Shown one piece after another: positions 43,916 through 56,417 of a stretch of 64,000 nt of DNA. Source of the stretch: Chrysomallon squamiferum. Lineage: Eukaryota > Animalia > Mollusca. A program made the translations under genes and the position numbers. The notes under the pieces were generated by a model. The model was not told the DNA's origin. It saw only the letters and a program-made list of their open reading frames with translations, and made no database searches. The stretch is from the NCBI GenBank assembly GCA_012295275.1, contig CM022665.1:2108001-2172000 (forward strand). Direction: 5' to 3'. Every line of letters begins with the position of its first letter. Position 1 is the stretch's first letter.

Positions 43916-44446
43916 TTGTTTGGTAATATTACTTCGTGGTTGCTAATAATGTCCAGCTGCTTGTGCATAAATGAATATCTATTGTCGAGGCTGAAAACAC
44001 TTGTCTTAAAAGCATCTATTGTGAAATTATTAACACTGATCAATTAGGAATTTTTTTTTTTTTTTTTTTTTTTTTTTGTAATATAAAGTGCCCCTGTCGA
44101 TGAAATGATAGTAACAAAGTTTGAAGTTTAATTACTTATACTTTTTTAGTACAGTTCTACTTTTCAGAAACGGTTAATACAAAATCGTCTTCTTTTTGAT
44201 TACAGTTAACAACCAGTATTACTTTCTGTTATCATTACTACTATTACCGTTAACACTGATAATACTACTATTACGACTACTGCTACTACCACTATTAGAA
44301 CAACTAAACTACCATAATAAAACTACTACAACTACTATGTTACCATGATCTCCTATTTATAATTTGTTCAAGTTCCTTTTTTCCCCCTTATTTGTTCCTT
44401 CGAGTTAAAACATTTAAAACGTATTCTCTTGGCTGGGTATCAACAA

Positions 44447-44513
44447 GCGAGATAGCTCAAACGGCAAGAGCATTAGCCATGCTAAAGATCTAGGTTCGAA
44501 TCCTGGTCTCGCA
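44447..44513 (+). pseudogene. tRNA-like cloverleaf (tRNA pseudogene or SINE head) with truncated anticodon loop
   Basis: Acceptor GCGAGA/TCTCGC; D-stem GCTC/GAGC with A-box-like TAGCTCAAACGG; anticodon stem TTAGC/GCTAA with 3-nt loop CAT; T-arm CTAGG-TTCGAAT-CCTGG (B box GGTTCGAATCC). Confidence 0.8.
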
Positions 44514-45149
44514 TTTACTTACCCTATCCAAGCAGCGTCTTCCAGTTAACAACAGTCTCAATCTTTAGGAGAATTCTCCTCTACAGCTACGATATTAATT
44601 TAAGTAATAATTTATTGCAGTTATGATTAGAATATAAATCCAAAACTTTAATGAATGTATGAACATGGGTGCTGTTAACATATAGATTAATGGTAAACAT
44701 TTTAAATTTGATTCGTACCATGAGTACTAACACTACAGTGATACTAATACTAATATAACTTTGGAATCATAAAGCTATTATAATATATACACAACAAATA
44801 CCAGAGCTACTACTTCTTCCACTATTAAACTTCAGAACTGTTACATTGCTACACTACCACCACTACTGCTACCACAACCACCATTACTACTAATACTACA
44901 ACTGCTACTGTTATTACCATGTTTGTCTGCTGTTTGTCTAGATGTCTGTATATAATATTCTGTCTGTCTCTATCTATCAGTCCATGTCCATATCTACCTC
45001 CTATCTGTATATGTACTTGTCTACTTACACATCTATCATCCAGTCTGTCTGTCTATATTTCTTTTTCCTTTTTTTTTTTTCAGTCTATTTGCCTATATGC
45101 CCAGTTCTCCATTCATTACACTGAAAATTTTACACACTAATAAAAAATG

Positions 45150-45290
45150 AAATAAAAATAAATAAATAAATAAAATAAAAAAAAAAGAAAAGAAAAGAAA
45201 AGAAAAGAAAAGAAAAGAAAAGAAAAGAAAAGAAGATAAAATAAAATAAAATAAAATAAAATAAAATAAAATAAAGTAAAGTAAAATAAA
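45150..45290. repeat. Compound (AAAAT)n/(AAAAG)n pentanucleotide repeat
   Basis: Seen directly. Confidence 0.9.
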
Positions 45291-45976
45291 ACCTCAAAAT
45301 AAGAAAAACAAAATATCCATAAAAACTGCGAATTAAAAACGAAATTAAAAACAGACGAGCCAACTGATCTTTTTCCCATTTTTATTATTCGCGAATTGTC
45401 TGATAAAGCTGTCTTTGAAAAGTGATAAAATAGTTTGTCTTCAAAAACAATACTGTTTAAAATGAATTTATATTTTCATGGCGGTATTTAATGTACAGCG
45501 TATGTATAATCTAAACTCTTATGTGCCATGCCTTTGCACCTGTGCAGATTAAAAACAGACACTGGAAACGAAGTATAGTTAGATTTCAACAGTTGCTCTT
45601 CTAAGTTTTAATGTGACTTTTTTTTATTTATTTATATCCTATTATATGACAGAAATTTACATATTTTAATCATTTACGATGACTTTTATTTTGTAGCCAA
45701 GCAGCTGCAATGTAAATAATTCTAAGTCTGACATGGACTTTTTCAGCCTTGTCGTTTATAGCGGGCGAATTAACAGTCAAACGACTTGTTCCGAGCAACA
45801 AACAACGTGTTTCAGGCTCAGGGTATCTTATCAGAATTGTTCTTGAAATGCAAATTAAATTTGATGTTCGCATGTGTAATCATTAAATGTACATGGACAA
45901 AACAGTGTCTAAAAGAAAGAATTATCGAAACGAATAGTGAATAATAATTAAATTCTTTTTTTTAACACTATTTCAA

Positions 45977-46082
<106 letters not shown>

Positions 46083-46599
46083 ACTAAATGATCTAATATT
46101 ATTTTATGCTGTCTGTGGTTTTAAAAGTGTCAATAAATAAATGACTAAACAAAAATATATTTCCTATTAACGTATTAACAAGCAAATAAGAAATCATCAG
46201 AACTATTATAAAGAACATCCATGTATTTCATGCCAAAATCTGACACTGATTCTCTCACAAACAAACGAAAGAGAAAAACCAGAAACTTCAGTGTTTGGAT
46301 CTGGCATTGATATTCACTTTATTCACGTATCACGTTTTATTTTAGCAATTTTTCCTGTCATCACTGTTATCTGTCGACCAACAAAACCTATTAACATTTT
46401 TCAAGTAATAATTATACACATGAACTCTGGCAAGTTCCGTTTTTCCCCCGGTTCATTCCTCCATTGTACTGCTTGCCCCTTCTTTTTTCGTTCATCAGTT
46501 CTGAAGCAGGCAATCAGACGGTTGACAAACAGAGTAGCATTTCCATCTGATAGAATACCTGGCAGGAAAACAGCATACAGTCAGATAGGGATCAGTCAC

Positions 46600-46914
46600 G
46601 GTGCTGTAGAAACTATTCTTTATCTCGCCATTTTCATTTTCTTCCGCTCAAACTCTTCACGGTCTGTGTGTGAGACTGCCGGACGATTCTGGGTCTCGGC
46701 AATCGAGACTTGGCTCTTTTGGCGGCAAAATTGTCGTATGCCGGATGTCCTATTTTATGTACAAGACGCTGGATTTTCTCCTCCATTTTTCTTTTTTACT
46801 TTTTTTTTTTTTTTTTTTTTTTCTTTTCTCATTCGTCTTCTTTATTATTATTATTTTTTTTTTCTGTTGCTACACACAAACGCATGCGCACTCACAGAAA
46901 AAAAAAAAAAACGG

Positions 46915-46978
<64 letters not shown>

Positions 46979-47700
46979 AACGAGAATGAAAGTATTAGAC
47001 GAGAAAAAAAAAAAAAAAATTCGTTGTTGTTTTTTGTGTTTTGTTATAACGCGAGTGCATAAAGCGATTTATAATACCTCATTAGTTTTCGCTTAGTCTG
47101 TGTATTTCGTTGACTTTTATTTACCCTGTTTTTTGGTTGAGTGGAAATTGAGGGGAGCTTTCCCGCCAACAAACAATTCAACTGGCGTCAGAATACCGAA
47201 CTAATTAGCTGTCAGTGATGAGCGCGAGATTCTCCACGTGCTTGCCGCTCTTCAGGCATGTAGATTTCAAGACAAATGACAAGCACGCGCTCTTTGGCGC
47301 AAAAGTGGCATCCGACCCACTACGGTAAAGCAGACGTAGCCGTTTTATGTAGAAGTATGTAAATACGTACACTGAAAGAGGAAGAGCCGTCGAAGCGAGG
47401 AATGTTTACCAATATCAAATGGTATGGTTTTCAGCTTTACGACGTCGGCACCGATCATAAAAATGGCCAGTATTACGACGTTATGGCTGTGGTGGCCGCC
47501 CAGATGTGAAACGTATGTTTCTCGCTCATTTCAACGCGCGTCTGTCAGTAAGCTCTTTCGCGCCATTTCTAGCGGCACCAATTCTTCTTCAGCACACGTT
47601 GACGGCAATAAACGTCAGCAGTTTGAACATAGCTCAATATGCGCGTTAAAAACACGACACCACCGCCAAACGTGGGATATGCGTGTTTTTTTTTTTTTTT
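46600..47700. promoter_or_regulatory. Promoter-like CpG island with E2F, YY1, NRF1-like and E-box motifs
   Basis: TTTSSCGS at 46718, 47159, 47293 and 47556; CGCCATTTT 46626; CGCATGCGCA 46881; CACGTG 47235; central poly-T/poly-A tracts. Confidence 0.4.
46917..46976. repeat. Poly-A tract (A60)
   Basis: Uninterrupted homopolymer; its length may be assembly-dependent. Confidence 0.9.
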
Positions 47701-47827
47701 TTTTCTTCTTCTTCCATTATTTATTCTTTTTGTTTTTCTACATTTTCCTTATTTATTTTTTTTATTATTTTTTTTTTTTTTTTTTTGTTTTTTTAAATTT
47801 TCATTTATTTATTTATTTATTTATTTA

Positions 47828-47909
<82 letters not shown>

Positions 47910-48023
47910 TATTGGAAATGGCATTCTTATGTTGTTGTTTTTTTTGTTGTTTTTTTTTTCCTGTTTATTTATTTACAGTCGTGAAATGAGAAACATACGT
48001 TTCACATCTGGCCTGCCACCACA
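47488..48023. mobile_element. Putative MITE / non-autonomous DNA transposon with 36-bp TIRs
   Basis: 47488-47523 TGTGGTGGCCGCCCAGATGTGAAACGTATGTTTCTC matches the reverse complement of 47988-48023 at 34/36 positions. Interior is non-coding with T-rich/(ATT)n expansion. No clean TSD seen. Confidence 0.65.
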
Positions 48024-48026
48024 ATC

Positions 48027-48060
<34 letters not shown>

Positions 48061-48284
48061 GAAAATGTCGAAGTTATTTAAAAACATTCACAGTATAATA
48101 TTTCTGTTTTGTATGTTGTCGTTCAGTTGTTTGAGTTCTGATCAGAGGTCACGAAAGCCTTTACTCAATTTCCCATTCTAGTCAGTGCCCCTTAAACTTA
48201 ACGTGTTGCAAAACTATCTGATTATTAACAAACAGTAATTTAATCTTTTTAAACTATTAAAATATTCTGCGTCTACCTTTTTTT

Positions 48285-48460
48285 AAATGTTGTTTTTTGT
48301 CATTAACACGTCTGACACAAAACAGTTATAAATATTAACACGTTTACCCTCGACTCTGTTATTTCTGTCTCTGACTTTAACACTTCTGTCCGTCTAATTT
48401 CCTACCTGTCACGTCATCTGTCCGCTCTGACGTAATCACCGGTATGTCCAGCAGCGGCGC
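48285..48460 (+). repeat. Dispersed direct repeat, copy 1 (176 bp)
   Basis: Ungapped alignment to 60291-60466 with 6 mismatches by manual count. Confidence 0.95.
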
Positions 48461-48787
48461 ACTAGAAATAATTATCATTACTTTCGATATCGTGTTATTT
48501 TAATTACTTAGTGATAAAATGTCTACAAAACAACTCTATTTATAAACTACTGTAAACTAATAACAGTTAAAGAAAAGAACACCAGGCAGAATTTTACGTG
48601 TTTGTTTTGCTTTGAAATTTAAATGACGTTTGATCTTATCCGTATATATACTGACCCCTCCCCCCCCCCAAAAAAAAAAATTGGTTTCCTGATTATATTT
48701 GATAAAAAAAATATTCAATGAAGATTAATATATGGACTTAAAACTAAGGGTGTTTTTTAATATAATTATTTATTTATTTATTTATTT

Positions 48788-48847
<60 letters not shown>

Positions 48848-49089
48848 TTTTTCTTCTTCTTCTTCTTCTTCTTCTTTTTTAACCAAACTGTAGTCTCAGT
48901 TATGTATTTTCATAACGTCACGTATTCTCGTTTTGTTTCAACATGCATTGTATTCGGGTTAACAAAAAGTTCGGCGTTGCTTTTATTTTTGAACCTGCCT
49001 ACATTATATGGCGTCGTGGTATTTTCTGTCACATTTTTTAATTTTGTTTAGTATAGGGTTTTCCGTTCCAATTACCATTGTTTTCATTC

Positions 49090-49250
49090 AACAAGATGAC
49101 CTTTGACCTCCATGTGGCCTAACATGTCTCCGTTCAGAAAGGCCACGACAAAATATATGATGTGTCAAATGTCATTGTCTTTTGTGACAGGAAGTGAATG
49201 CTATGACACCCTCGCCTCGAGACCAACAGTGTCACGTGACCATGACAGTT
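49090..49250. promoter_or_regulatory. Dense motif cluster: DR1, six TGACA/TGTCA and GTCACGTGAC
   Basis: TGACCTTTGACCT 49097-49109; TGACA/TGTCA at 49163, 49170, 49185, 49204, 49230 and 49243; GTCACGTGAC 49231-49240. Confidence 0.45.
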
Positions 49251-50054
49251 TTAAAAAACGATATGAGAAAAATAGATTTTGAAGTCATATGCCTTATTTA
49301 CAGAATATTAATTATGTGCATAAATTATCCAAAAATGGAACCATTTAATATTCAGACATGCACGTGCATATAACAATAATACGATCGCACAAACGACCAT
49401 CATCAGTATTAATAATAATAACAACAATAGCAGCAACAGCAACAGTAACAACAAACAATAATAGTAGTAGTAGTAGTAGTGGTAGCAGTTATGGTAGTAG
49501 TAAGCAGTAGTAGCAGTAGTTGTTGTAGTAGTAATAATAATAATAAAAAGAAATTAAGGATTTCAATAATTTAATCAACAACCAACCAATAACAGTTTTA
49601 ATTTATTTTTCATAAATTTTTTTTAATGTCTTTACTTATTTTCCATTTTTTTCTTCTTCAGTTGTTTTTTTTTTTTTTTTTTTTTCCATTTGTTTAAATT
49701 TGACATTAATGTTGTGAACAAGGAAGTCTGGATTAGACTAATAGTAACAAATAAAATAAACATTTATAACTGTAAACTGAACTGGAGTTAATGTTTTGGT
49801 AAAGAAATGTCTGCTGGCATGTGTAAAGACCTGCTATATATCACAAAATGCTTTAATGAGTGGAAGTCAAAACACAAGCGTCACCAGGTGCTTTGCAAAA
49901 TTGAAATTATCCAGAGACGTCATTTTTTTTTCTTTCTTTTTTTTTTTTTTTTTTTTTTTTAAATATATGTCAAAAGAAATTTCTACAAAGAAAGGAAAAA
50001 TTAATTATAATATTAACTAAAATAAATAAATAAATAAATGGACAAAATAACAAA

Positions 50055-50097
<43 letters not shown>

Positions 50098-50374
50098 ACA
50101 AATGAACAAATAAACAAATAAATAAATAAATGGACGAATACACAAATAAACAAATAAACAAACAAATAAATAAATAAATAAATAAATAAATTAAAATAAT
50201 TTAATTTCAAGTAATTAAATTTTATGAATTAATTCATAATAGATAAATTAATAAAAAGACGATAATAATAATATTATTATTATTACTAATATTACTACTA
50301 ATAATAATCGTATTATTAATATCATTATTATTATTGCCACTGTCATGATCATCAGTATTATAACTATTATTTTT

Positions 50375-50387
50375 ATTATTATTATTA

Positions 50388-50478
<91 letters not shown>
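50375..50478. repeat. (ATT)n microsatellite
   Basis: Near-perfect trinucleotide tract in a wider triplet-repeat field. Confidence 0.95.
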
Positions 50479-50479
<1 letters not shown>

Positions 50480-51561
50480 AATATTATTATCATTGTTGTT
50501 GTTGTTATTATGACAATAGTAATAAATAATACTGATAATAATAATAATAATATTAACAACAACAACCACAGTAATGAAGACGATGACGAAAACAATGAGG
50601 GGAAAAAAAAAATCTAGTTATGGAAATTTCTGTCCACAAACAATTACGTTAAAAACATTCAGTGATTCATACTTTGACCTCATCAATTATTGAATGTTGG
50701 ACGTCTAGACCACAAAGAAATGGTAAAAAAAAAAAACGAAATTAAAAACTATGGAAACAAAAGATAATATTATTTTTAAAAACGTGCGAAAATGCGTGCT
50801 AACTGAAGTAAAAGTTTAGTGATGAATATATGTTATCATCAGAAAAATAAAAATGATGATTAAAACAAAATAACAATAATAAAATTACATCTTAAAAAGT
50901 CGTGAAGTAAAATATTATATTTGTTAATATTGGAAAATTGTTAACCCGTTATTGATTAATAAGATATATATATATATATATATATATATTTTATATCAGT
51001 GATATAAGTAACCTTGTTATTAATTCACTAGTATTATTTTTTATATTATATATAAGTATAAACACTGAAATCAGATGAAATTATTACTTTAATTTTATTT
51101 ACCAAGACATATATATGCACATGTATTTATATTTTTATATTTATTACTTTACATGAAATAATAATAATAATAATTATATATATATATATATAAACCATAT
51201 TTTACTTATTTTACTTTTTTTTTTATCTAAATGTATAAATGTTCTTACTAATTATTAATTATACATTTGCTATGTATGTGTCTGTGTATCTGTGTGTATG
51301 TCAGTGTTTGTACATCTGTGTATTTTTGTGTATGTACGTGCGTGTGGGCGTGCGTACGTATGATAGTTATGACATAAGCATGTATGTATTTATTTATTTT
51401 CTTTTCTTTTTCTGAGAATTAATTACATTCTCTGTTCTTTATTGGTTTGATCTGCTCTTTTTGACAGCACACGGAATTGGGTTTACGACGGACAAAAATG
51501 CAAATGAACAAGGCTTTGAAAGAATGCATTTGTTTTAGTGTTTGGTCACAGACAAACATCT

Positions 51562-51596
<35 letters not shown>

Positions 51597-53278
51597 TGTT
51601 TCAACATGGCGATATTTTTTTGAACTGTTATGAAGTAACAATCTAGACTTGCACATCTCAAATAAAGGCTGTGAAACTGTATCTGTTTTCCCTCTCTCCA
51701 CGCTTGATGTCATTTAGAAATTTATCAGTCAAAGAATATAAGGCGTTGTCATATAATGCTGTGTTACAATATTTCAAGGCGTTGCAATTTTCATAGAAGC
51801 GCACGCAGAACGGAATTTTTAAAACGGCCGACATAAATCTAAATGTAAAAAGTTCAACGCTTACATCTCGCCTTTCATGGCGCTTGTCGCAAGCTAGACA
51901 AATGTTGTCGTAAGTTTTGAAAAAAAAAAAGCTTAGAGGATGACACCCTAAAGCAAAATCTGATATGCACTCAAAGGTAATAACTCAACCATTGTCTCAT
52001 ACACATTTTTGTATATCGTTAAAATTGCTACATGCGTTTTGAAAAATGGCAGTCTTAAGAATGTTTTAGATGGGCAAAAAAATATAAATTTAAAAACAGA
52101 CAGAAAAGAGAAAACTGAAAATACAAAGAAATATATATCACAAGAGAGAGAGAGAGAGAAAGAGAGAAAGATAAAAAAAAAATGTTTTAAAAGAATAAAA
52201 AAAATAAATGAAAAAATTCTAAATTTCGAAAAGAGTTATTGTTTCATAAACAATAATGTTTTGTTTAGCAATATAGAGTCTATTTTTTTCTAAATAGAAG
52301 CATATCTGTATATGGAAATGAAAGAGAAAAGAAAATATAATGTTTCAGTTTGTATAATTATCAATAATAATAAATTGAATAATATGTATTCTACAATCTC
52401 TCCCAGTTACTTGTACTATAATAATATTTTAATTAATCTTTTAATCATTAATTTAAAGTACACTCTAAATTTAATTTAAAAAAAAAAAAAAAAAAACGAT
52501 TATAACGAAAACGTATCTTTAAGCTAAAAAAAAATTCCAATCTTTATTTTTATATATATATATCGCTAGTATGTGATATAATTGCTTTCCTATTTTAAAA
52601 ATCCCCTACATTTAATTTTATTTTAACCATCCAATGAAAATTTCAAAAACTCACCCGAGTTCTGTATTGTGAGCCTATTTCTACTTTTTATTATTGATAA
52701 TTAAGAAAAACCAAAAAAAAAAAAAACAGGATAATTTTTCGTATCTTCTGTTTGCATCAAACAATACTTTTGCTGTTTCTTGCAGCTGCCTTCATTCCAA
52801 TAAGAAAACAACCCATTGTATAACCCTAATTTTGTTTAAAATATACTGTCATAGACAGATATACCTATGTAAATAAATTATTTATTTATTTATTTATTTA
52901 TCTTATTTTTGTTATTATTATAATATTTTTATTTTTATTTATTTTTATTTTTTTATTTTTTTGTCTATTCACTATTATTGTTTACTGTCGTTATGTTCTT
53001 CTAACCTCAGATAGTCTGTTTATTATAATCATCTTGGTTTTATTTTACATTTCTTAATTACTTTGTCACAACACCTTCAACTTCTGACCACTTCTAGAAC
53101 CGTGCAACTGTTGAAGTCATACGAACATCTGTTTCATCTGCAAGAAACGTATAAATTATGCAACAAATGGCGTCGTGTTATGAGAAGTATTCTGACTTCT
53201 GTATATACTACAAGTATATATGACGTAGCGAGATCAGCTATGTAACCAGTCTCAGGACATTATTCACACCCAGCTGAT

Positions 53279-53386
53279 AAATGAATGAATGAATGAATGA
53301 ATGAATGCTTTAACGAAACCACAGCACGAAAACTATATCGGCTATCAGGTGTCAAACAAAAGGTAAATACAACAAAATGGTAAAGT
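53279..53386 (-). mobile_element. 5'-truncated non-LTR retroposon (SINE/LINE 3' end) with (CATT)n tail and 9-bp TSD
   Basis: CCAGCTGAT at 53270-53278 and again at 53387-53395 brackets a 108-bp insert; (AATG)7 at 53280-53307 is a 3' tail on the minus strand. Confidence 0.8.
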
Positions 53387-53603
53387 CCAGCTGATCTTCA
53401 TGTAGTTGCTAAAACACACTAATTCTAATTTGTCCTGTTTTATAATCATTTGATAATATCATATTCTGTTTACTTCTAAGGACAAAATTCTAAATTTTCT
53501 TTTGGTTTTCGTGTTTTGACGATTTAAAAAAAAAAAAAAAAAAAAAAACGTATATAATCGTTTCCAGTTCATTAATCTGTTTGATGTAAACAAATACACT
53601 TAA

Positions 53604-53608
<5 letters not shown>

Positions 53609-53668
<60 letters not shown>
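53609..53668. repeat. (CT)n microsatellite
   Basis: Perfect dinucleotide tract. Confidence 0.97.
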
Positions 53669-53672
<4 letters not shown>

Positions 53673-55207
53673 TAACAACTATATTGAAATATTTAATCAT
53701 TACAGATACACAATAATAATAAACGAAATTCGAGCTTATTTTATCATCTGGACGAAAAACAGCCGGAAAGATAAAAAAGATGAACAGATCGAAAGAATGT
53801 CAACCGACTGTCAAGTTGGCGCATGGGTAGATTGGTGGATGGAAGGAGTAACGAACGGATAGCTGGACGGACAGAAAGGAAAGACAGCAGTTACAAGAAC
53901 ACTTATTTAAAACAGACTGAAAACAGACAGAAATATCATTCAGCGCAGATGACCAGTGAGTTCTGAAACAGACCAGTTGGTCATTATGTTAAATCCCGTT
54001 AATAACCGCTCCAAAAATGTTTCTCAAGGCGACAGTGTTGACATTAGCACGTTCACGCTTTGTGGCAGTTAACGATGATCAGTTTGCTCAGAAGTCACCT
54101 GCTCCTCTCATATTTGCTATGTTTATTTTCTCATTTTGGATTGTAATTTAATTTTGAGAAACACCAATAAGTGAAAAAGCACTTTTTTTTAGAAAAACAG
54201 AACGAAGTGGATTTTTTTCTTCGAACTACTCTTTGTAATGAGAACGACTGGATTAATTAGTGTGATTTAACAATGTACTCATGAATGATGTATGACTGTT
54301 AAAATCATATTGTCTGAAATTCAATTACCATTTAGCAGCTCTAACTAATAATTAACAAAAACTCTTTGAAATTACATTAAAATTCATATCCATAATTTAT
54401 AATGTTCAGTTATATATATTTTTTATTACACTGCAGGGTGGTGTGACTGTATTATGGTGGGCAACCCCAGCACTAGATGTATATATTTTATTTGACAGTT
54501 ATTTGTAGATAGAAAAGTGTTCTTTTTAGTTTAAATTACTGTGACCATCATCAAAAGTTAAAGTTTTTGGAGGCTGTATTCAATAATTTTCTCTAAAGCA
54601 GCTGTTCGGCAGTGTGTCCACGCGCACGTGCACAAACTCACACGCACACAAATAAATATATATATATATATACACACATACATACATACATATATAATTA
54701 CAACATGCTATTGCCGAATACTTACAAACAGTAATTGGAAGGGAGGCAACTCCAAGTTACGTTTGTTTATGACAGGTTAAGGAAAGGTAAGTTGACTCAA
54801 CATTACGATATTATGCTTGGTAATACTATCTGTTTCCTTTCCAACAAAGAGAGCAAAACAAACTAAGCAAAGCAAAGTAACAACAATAACAACAGTAGCT
54901 GTAGTAGTAATAGTAGTAGTTAAAATAATAATGATGATAATAATACTAATAAGAAGAAGAAGAAGAAGAAGAAGAAAAAGAAACAATAATAATAAATGCT
55001 ATTTATTTATTTATTTATTTATATTTTTTTCGGTTTGAGAAACTTACAGAGAAATCTCATAAATAATCAATTAAACTCTGAATTAAGACTGCCAAGAAGA
55101 AATAAATAGTTTTACTGTTATAAACAAAACGAAATTTTAACAATAAGGAAATATTCGTGTGGTTTATTTCATTATACAAAAATAAAAAATAAATAAATAA
55201 ATAATAA

Positions 55208-55247
<40 letters not shown>

Positions 55248-55876
55248 TTAAATAAAATAAATGAATAAATAAACAAATAAATAAGAAAAAAAGAATGACA
55301 TATTCGGGTGATTTCTTCGACTCTGACAACTGCACTATGTTGTTTGTGCTGGCTGGATTCAGGTTCTGATTTAGAACATAATCACAAGATAGGCCCTGGG
55401 AGCTGGCCAAGGTCCTTTTTCAAAACCGTTCTATTATCACAGCCAATTGTGTTCAATAAATCAGTTCAATACAGTAGAAAGTAAACACTCGCTTGATGGC
55501 GCTGTTTGACGAAGATAACCTTTCCTTTAAATGCTGAGTCGAACTACCTTTCCAACCTGTACACCTGACAGGTGCATGTTTGAAGTCGAAGATAATAAAA
55601 CTTGAATACCTCGGCTAACTTAAAGCCCAAACCGTTTCATGTGTGCCTTGCCTGAACTAATTCAAACAACGTCCTAATGTCCAAACGGTTGGACTCGGTG
55701 ATAATTTTGGTGGAGCTAATATCGACGTAACGAGGCATGTTGGTAATGATTTGTTTGTAGCAGGTCAGACGAACGTCTCCACGATTTTGAGTAATGATTC
55801 GATTCAGAACAGGTCAAACTGATGTGTCCTGTATGCTGAGTGATAGCTTCATTGAAAAAGACATATTTAACAGGCA

Positions 55877-55908
<32 letters not shown>

Positions 55909-55949
55909 CCAGCAGAACTATCATGATTTTTTTTTTTTATAACAATCAC

Positions 55950-56076
55950 TAATTATCATCACCATCATCTTCATCATCATCGTCATTGTTATTATTGTTA
56001 ATTATTATTGTTATTATTATTATTATTGTTATTGTTATTGTTATTCTTATTGTTATTATTATCATTAGTATTATTA

Positions 56077-56150
<74 letters not shown>
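55950..56150. repeat. (ATC)/(GTT)/(ATT)n compound triplet repeat
   Basis: Seen directly. Confidence 0.92.
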
Positions 56151-56386
56151 CCCATTGTTATTATAAATTACTGAATATTCTTTTTATGCTGTTTCTTTTT
56201 TTAATGGAGAAACTGTCTTTAAAGTTCCAAACACAAAACAATACGACGCATCTAGAAACCAGTAACAATCTTTATACATAAGCAATGTATTTTTTCTGTC
56301 TATTTATCTATTTAATTAATTTAATTTAATTTAATTTAATTTTATTTTATTTTATTTTATTTTATTTTATTTTATTTTATTTTATT

Positions 56387-56417
<31 letters not shown>

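Noticed and set aside
46291-46989. Longest ORF (232 aa)
   Set aside because: GTG start, last third is poly-F/poly-K from homopolymers, and no recognisable domain.
48448-48460. CCAGCAGCGGCGC as a CTCF site (both duplicate copies)
   Set aside because: It is one base short between CCAGCAG and GGCGC relative to the CTCF core, whose spacing is fixed.
54776-54792. 11-nt microexon candidate CAG|GTTAAGGAAAG|GTAAGT
   Set aside because: Frame-shifting length, weak pyrimidine tract, and strong donors at this frequency are expected by chance.
55435-55457. TATCACAGCCA, matching the miR-2/miR-13 5' end
   Set aside because: The 3' half diverges and no complementary arm forms a pre-miRNA hairpin.
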